Shown here: positions 62,417 to 64,000 of the stretch, piece after piece | Numbering within the stretch: position 1 is the stretch's first letter | Layout of the letters: each line of letters starts with the position of its first letter | DNA from: an uncultured Collinsella sp. | GTDB taxonomy: Bacteria; Actinomycetota; Coriobacteriia; Coriobacteriales; Coriobacteriaceae | Assembly: GCA_900757185.1 (NCBI GenBank) | Contig: CAAEMX010000060.1 | Location: 72,610-136,609 of the forward strand | DNA length: 64,000 nt | Reading direction: 5' to 3' | Position numbers and translations under genes: made by a program | Notes under the pieces: generated by a model | What the model saw: only the letters and a program-made list of their open reading frames with translations | Databases searched by the model: none | What the model was told of the DNA's origin: nothing

Positions 62417-64000
62417 CTAGATGCAGAATCCGGGAATCACGCAGGTCCGTTTATCGGGCTTGTCCGCAGGCGTTGCGTACGTAAAGACGTCGCCGTCGTG
62501 CCCCACGCGGTTCATATAGAGCGTGCCTCCACTCTCCGATGTGTCGGGGCTTGCCGTACGCTCCCACCAACAGACATCCTTGCCCTTCCACTGGCGAACC
62601 AACGTCTCGTTCGTGGTGTACGGACTTACCTTGAGCTCGCGGAAGAGTTGGTACTCCTTGCCCTCGCCGTTATAGATGTCGGCCAGGTAGTGAAAGCCCT
62701 CGGCAAATGACTCGGGCGGCTGCACTCCGCACAGCTCGACCATGGCGGGCAGCCAAAGGGTTGCGGGCAGCTCGCTCAGACACGATGCGCTTCTAGCGGC
62801 GCCAACGTTATTCGAGATCTTTTTGACAGATTTAATGAGTGCGCGCAACTCGTTGGGCAGCAGCTTAAGGCCGTCGCCGTTGAGCCATTCCCGCAGCTCG
62901 CAATCTGCCCAGCCGGCGCTCGGCGGTTCAGCCGCAGCGTTGCGCTCGGCAATACCCGCATCGAACATAAACGTCAGTCCGGCCTTGCCCGTCCCGTCCA
63001 GAAGCTCATCGTGGCGGATGCCCACAAGCTGCGCGCCAACCTGCAGCCCGTTGGTGAGCGTGACACGCTTGGTACACGGATAGGGGATATGCCCATCGGC
63101 ATCGAGCAGGTGATAGCGCTTGGCAATCTCGCGTGCCTCGCTACGGGTCTCGGCGGCCTGAATCTTGAGCGAAATCTCCTGCAGCTGATCCCAAGTGTAG
63201 TCGTCAAGCGTACCGCGGATGCCGTTGAGGTAGTCGGGGATGCCAAAGCCATGGGTTGCCGCCCCGATAACGCCGAGCCCCGCAACGGCTGCAACGACGC
63301 CACCGATAATAAAGCGGCGGCGGCTCATGGCATCGTGCCGGGCCCGCTCCAGAATCTCTCGCGCTCGCTCGCCGGCGACGTCGACCTTAAGGTGCGTACC
63401 GGAGTCGATGTCGATTGCGGCCTCATCTCCTGCGCCTTCGCGGCCTTCGGATTCGGAATCGGTGAGGTATGCCGAGAGCACCTCGAGCATCTGCTGCTCG
63501 GTGGGACGATCGCACTGCTCGACTGAGAGACCCTTCATGATGATTTGGACGAGCGCTTCATCGCCCTCGCAGCGCGGCTCGAGCGGTGCCGGCTTGGTCT
63601 TGGTCTTTACGAGATAGAACGAGCCGGTTGCAGCGGCGTCCGTCGACTCAAAGTCAAACGGTTTGCGACCGCTGTAGAGCTGGTACAGAACACTCGAAAG
63701 CGCGTAGACATCGATTGCCGGCGAACGGCGAAGGGCCGCGATGCCTTCGATATCCTGCGTGAGCATCTCGGGCGCGGCGTATGCGGGCGTGGCGAAGCGC
63801 CAGATGTCGGCGCGCCGGGTGATCGTATCGTCACCGAGGGCCATGGTCGCGGAGCCCATGTCGATGAGGCAGGGGTCAAAGGAGCAATCGGCAATCTGCT
63901 GCTCGAGCGTTCGGCTGGTGGTGCGGAACATGATATTGGCGGGCGACAGGTCGCGATGGACGACCGGATTAACGAGACCCTTGGTCATCAGGAGTGCGCG
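62417..64000 (-). CDS. Ser/Thr protein kinase with single TM and about 290-aa extracytoplasmic C-terminal domain (partial; N-terminus beyond window end)
   Basis: Kinase subdomains VIb-XI (VVHRDLSPANIMF, DMGSATM, APE). A TM segment FIIGGVVAAVAGLGVIGAA follows, then a Cys/Trp-containing sensor domain. Confidence 0.8.
   Translation of the reverse strand, partial: RALLMTKGLVNPVVHRDLSPANIMFRTTSRTLEQQIADCSFDPCLIDMGSATMALGDDTITRRADIWRFATPAYAAPEMLTQDIEGIAALRRSPAIDVYALSSVLYQLYSGRKPFDFESTDAAATGSFYLVKTKTKPAPLEPRCEGDEALVQIIMKGLSVEQCDRPTEQQMLEVLSAYLTDSESEGREGAGDEAAIDIDSGTHLKVDVAGERAREILERARHDAMSRRRFIIGGVVAAVAGLGVIGAATHGFGIPDYLNGIRGTLDDYTWDQLQEISLKIQAAETRSEAREIAKRYHLLDADGHIPYPCTKRVTLTNGLQVGAQLVGIRHDELLDGTGKAGLTFMFDAGIAERNAAAEPPSAGWADCELREWLNGDGLKLLPNELRALIKSVKKISNNVGAARSASCLSELPATLWLPAMVELCGVQPPESFAEGFHYLADIYNGEGKEYQLFRELKVSPYTTNETLVRQWKGKDVCWWERTASPDTSESGGTLYMNRVGHDGDVFTYATPADKPDKRTCVIPGFCI

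Overview
This is a high-GC (about 62%) actinobacterial-type chromosomal segment; Coriobacteriia-like is an inference from composition and gene content only.

Most of the window is core housekeeping, and nearly all of it is on the + strand:
- rpoA C-terminus, rplQ, truA, argR, a class A PBP, a U32 peptidase, tyrS and adenine deaminase
- two Cof-type HAD phosphatases, citrate synthase, rpmE, secA, prfB and a split transketolase
- ftsE/ftsX, RNase R, a MurNAc catabolic operon (murR-murQ-murP-mupG), tRNA-Gln and tRNA-Glu, smpB, mntH, gpmA and gltB/gltD
- a csoR-copZ-copA copper module and a partial Ser/Thr kinase

Four things interrupt this backbone.

1. A roughly 7.3 kb islet (15425-22702) is flanked by 67-bp direct repeats. 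It carries a truncated tyrosine integrase, an XRE/DUF2975 pair, two paralogous ABC systems, and a small secreted Tyr-rich peptide that is translationally coupled to the last ABC gene. This is a candidate bacteriocin/immunity or peptide-export cassette.

2. Five arrays of an approximately 80-bp tandem unit lie between 44.9 and 62.4 kb. Each unit contains a roughly 60-bp REPIN/MITE-like palindrome (16-nt arms GTCTCGATCTGTAACA / TGTTACAGATCGAGAC around a semi-conserved AAAWYSGGYC core). The arrays bracket mntH-gpmA, gltBD, a DUF559 endonuclease-like gene and the copper module.

3. A dispersed family of short extragenic hairpins is present in at least 10 copies. Their stems covary and their loops are conserved (GGGGACGTTCYTT, or ACCTGTCCCC which is GGGGACAGGT on the other strand).

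4. A small serine recombinase is followed by a perfect 26-bp palindrome with site-I-like architecture (12-bp arms around a CC core).

Other notable structures:
- a 134-bp nested perfect inverted repeat upstream of ftsE
- a (GGCGTA)n microsatellite encoding a (Thr-Pro)n linker in the PBP
- a terminator-like hairpin directly abutting the ade RBS
- a 47-aa rubredoxin gene that is missing from the ORF track

No rRNA or CRISPR array is present. The many long antisense ORFs in the track are high-GC artefacts.
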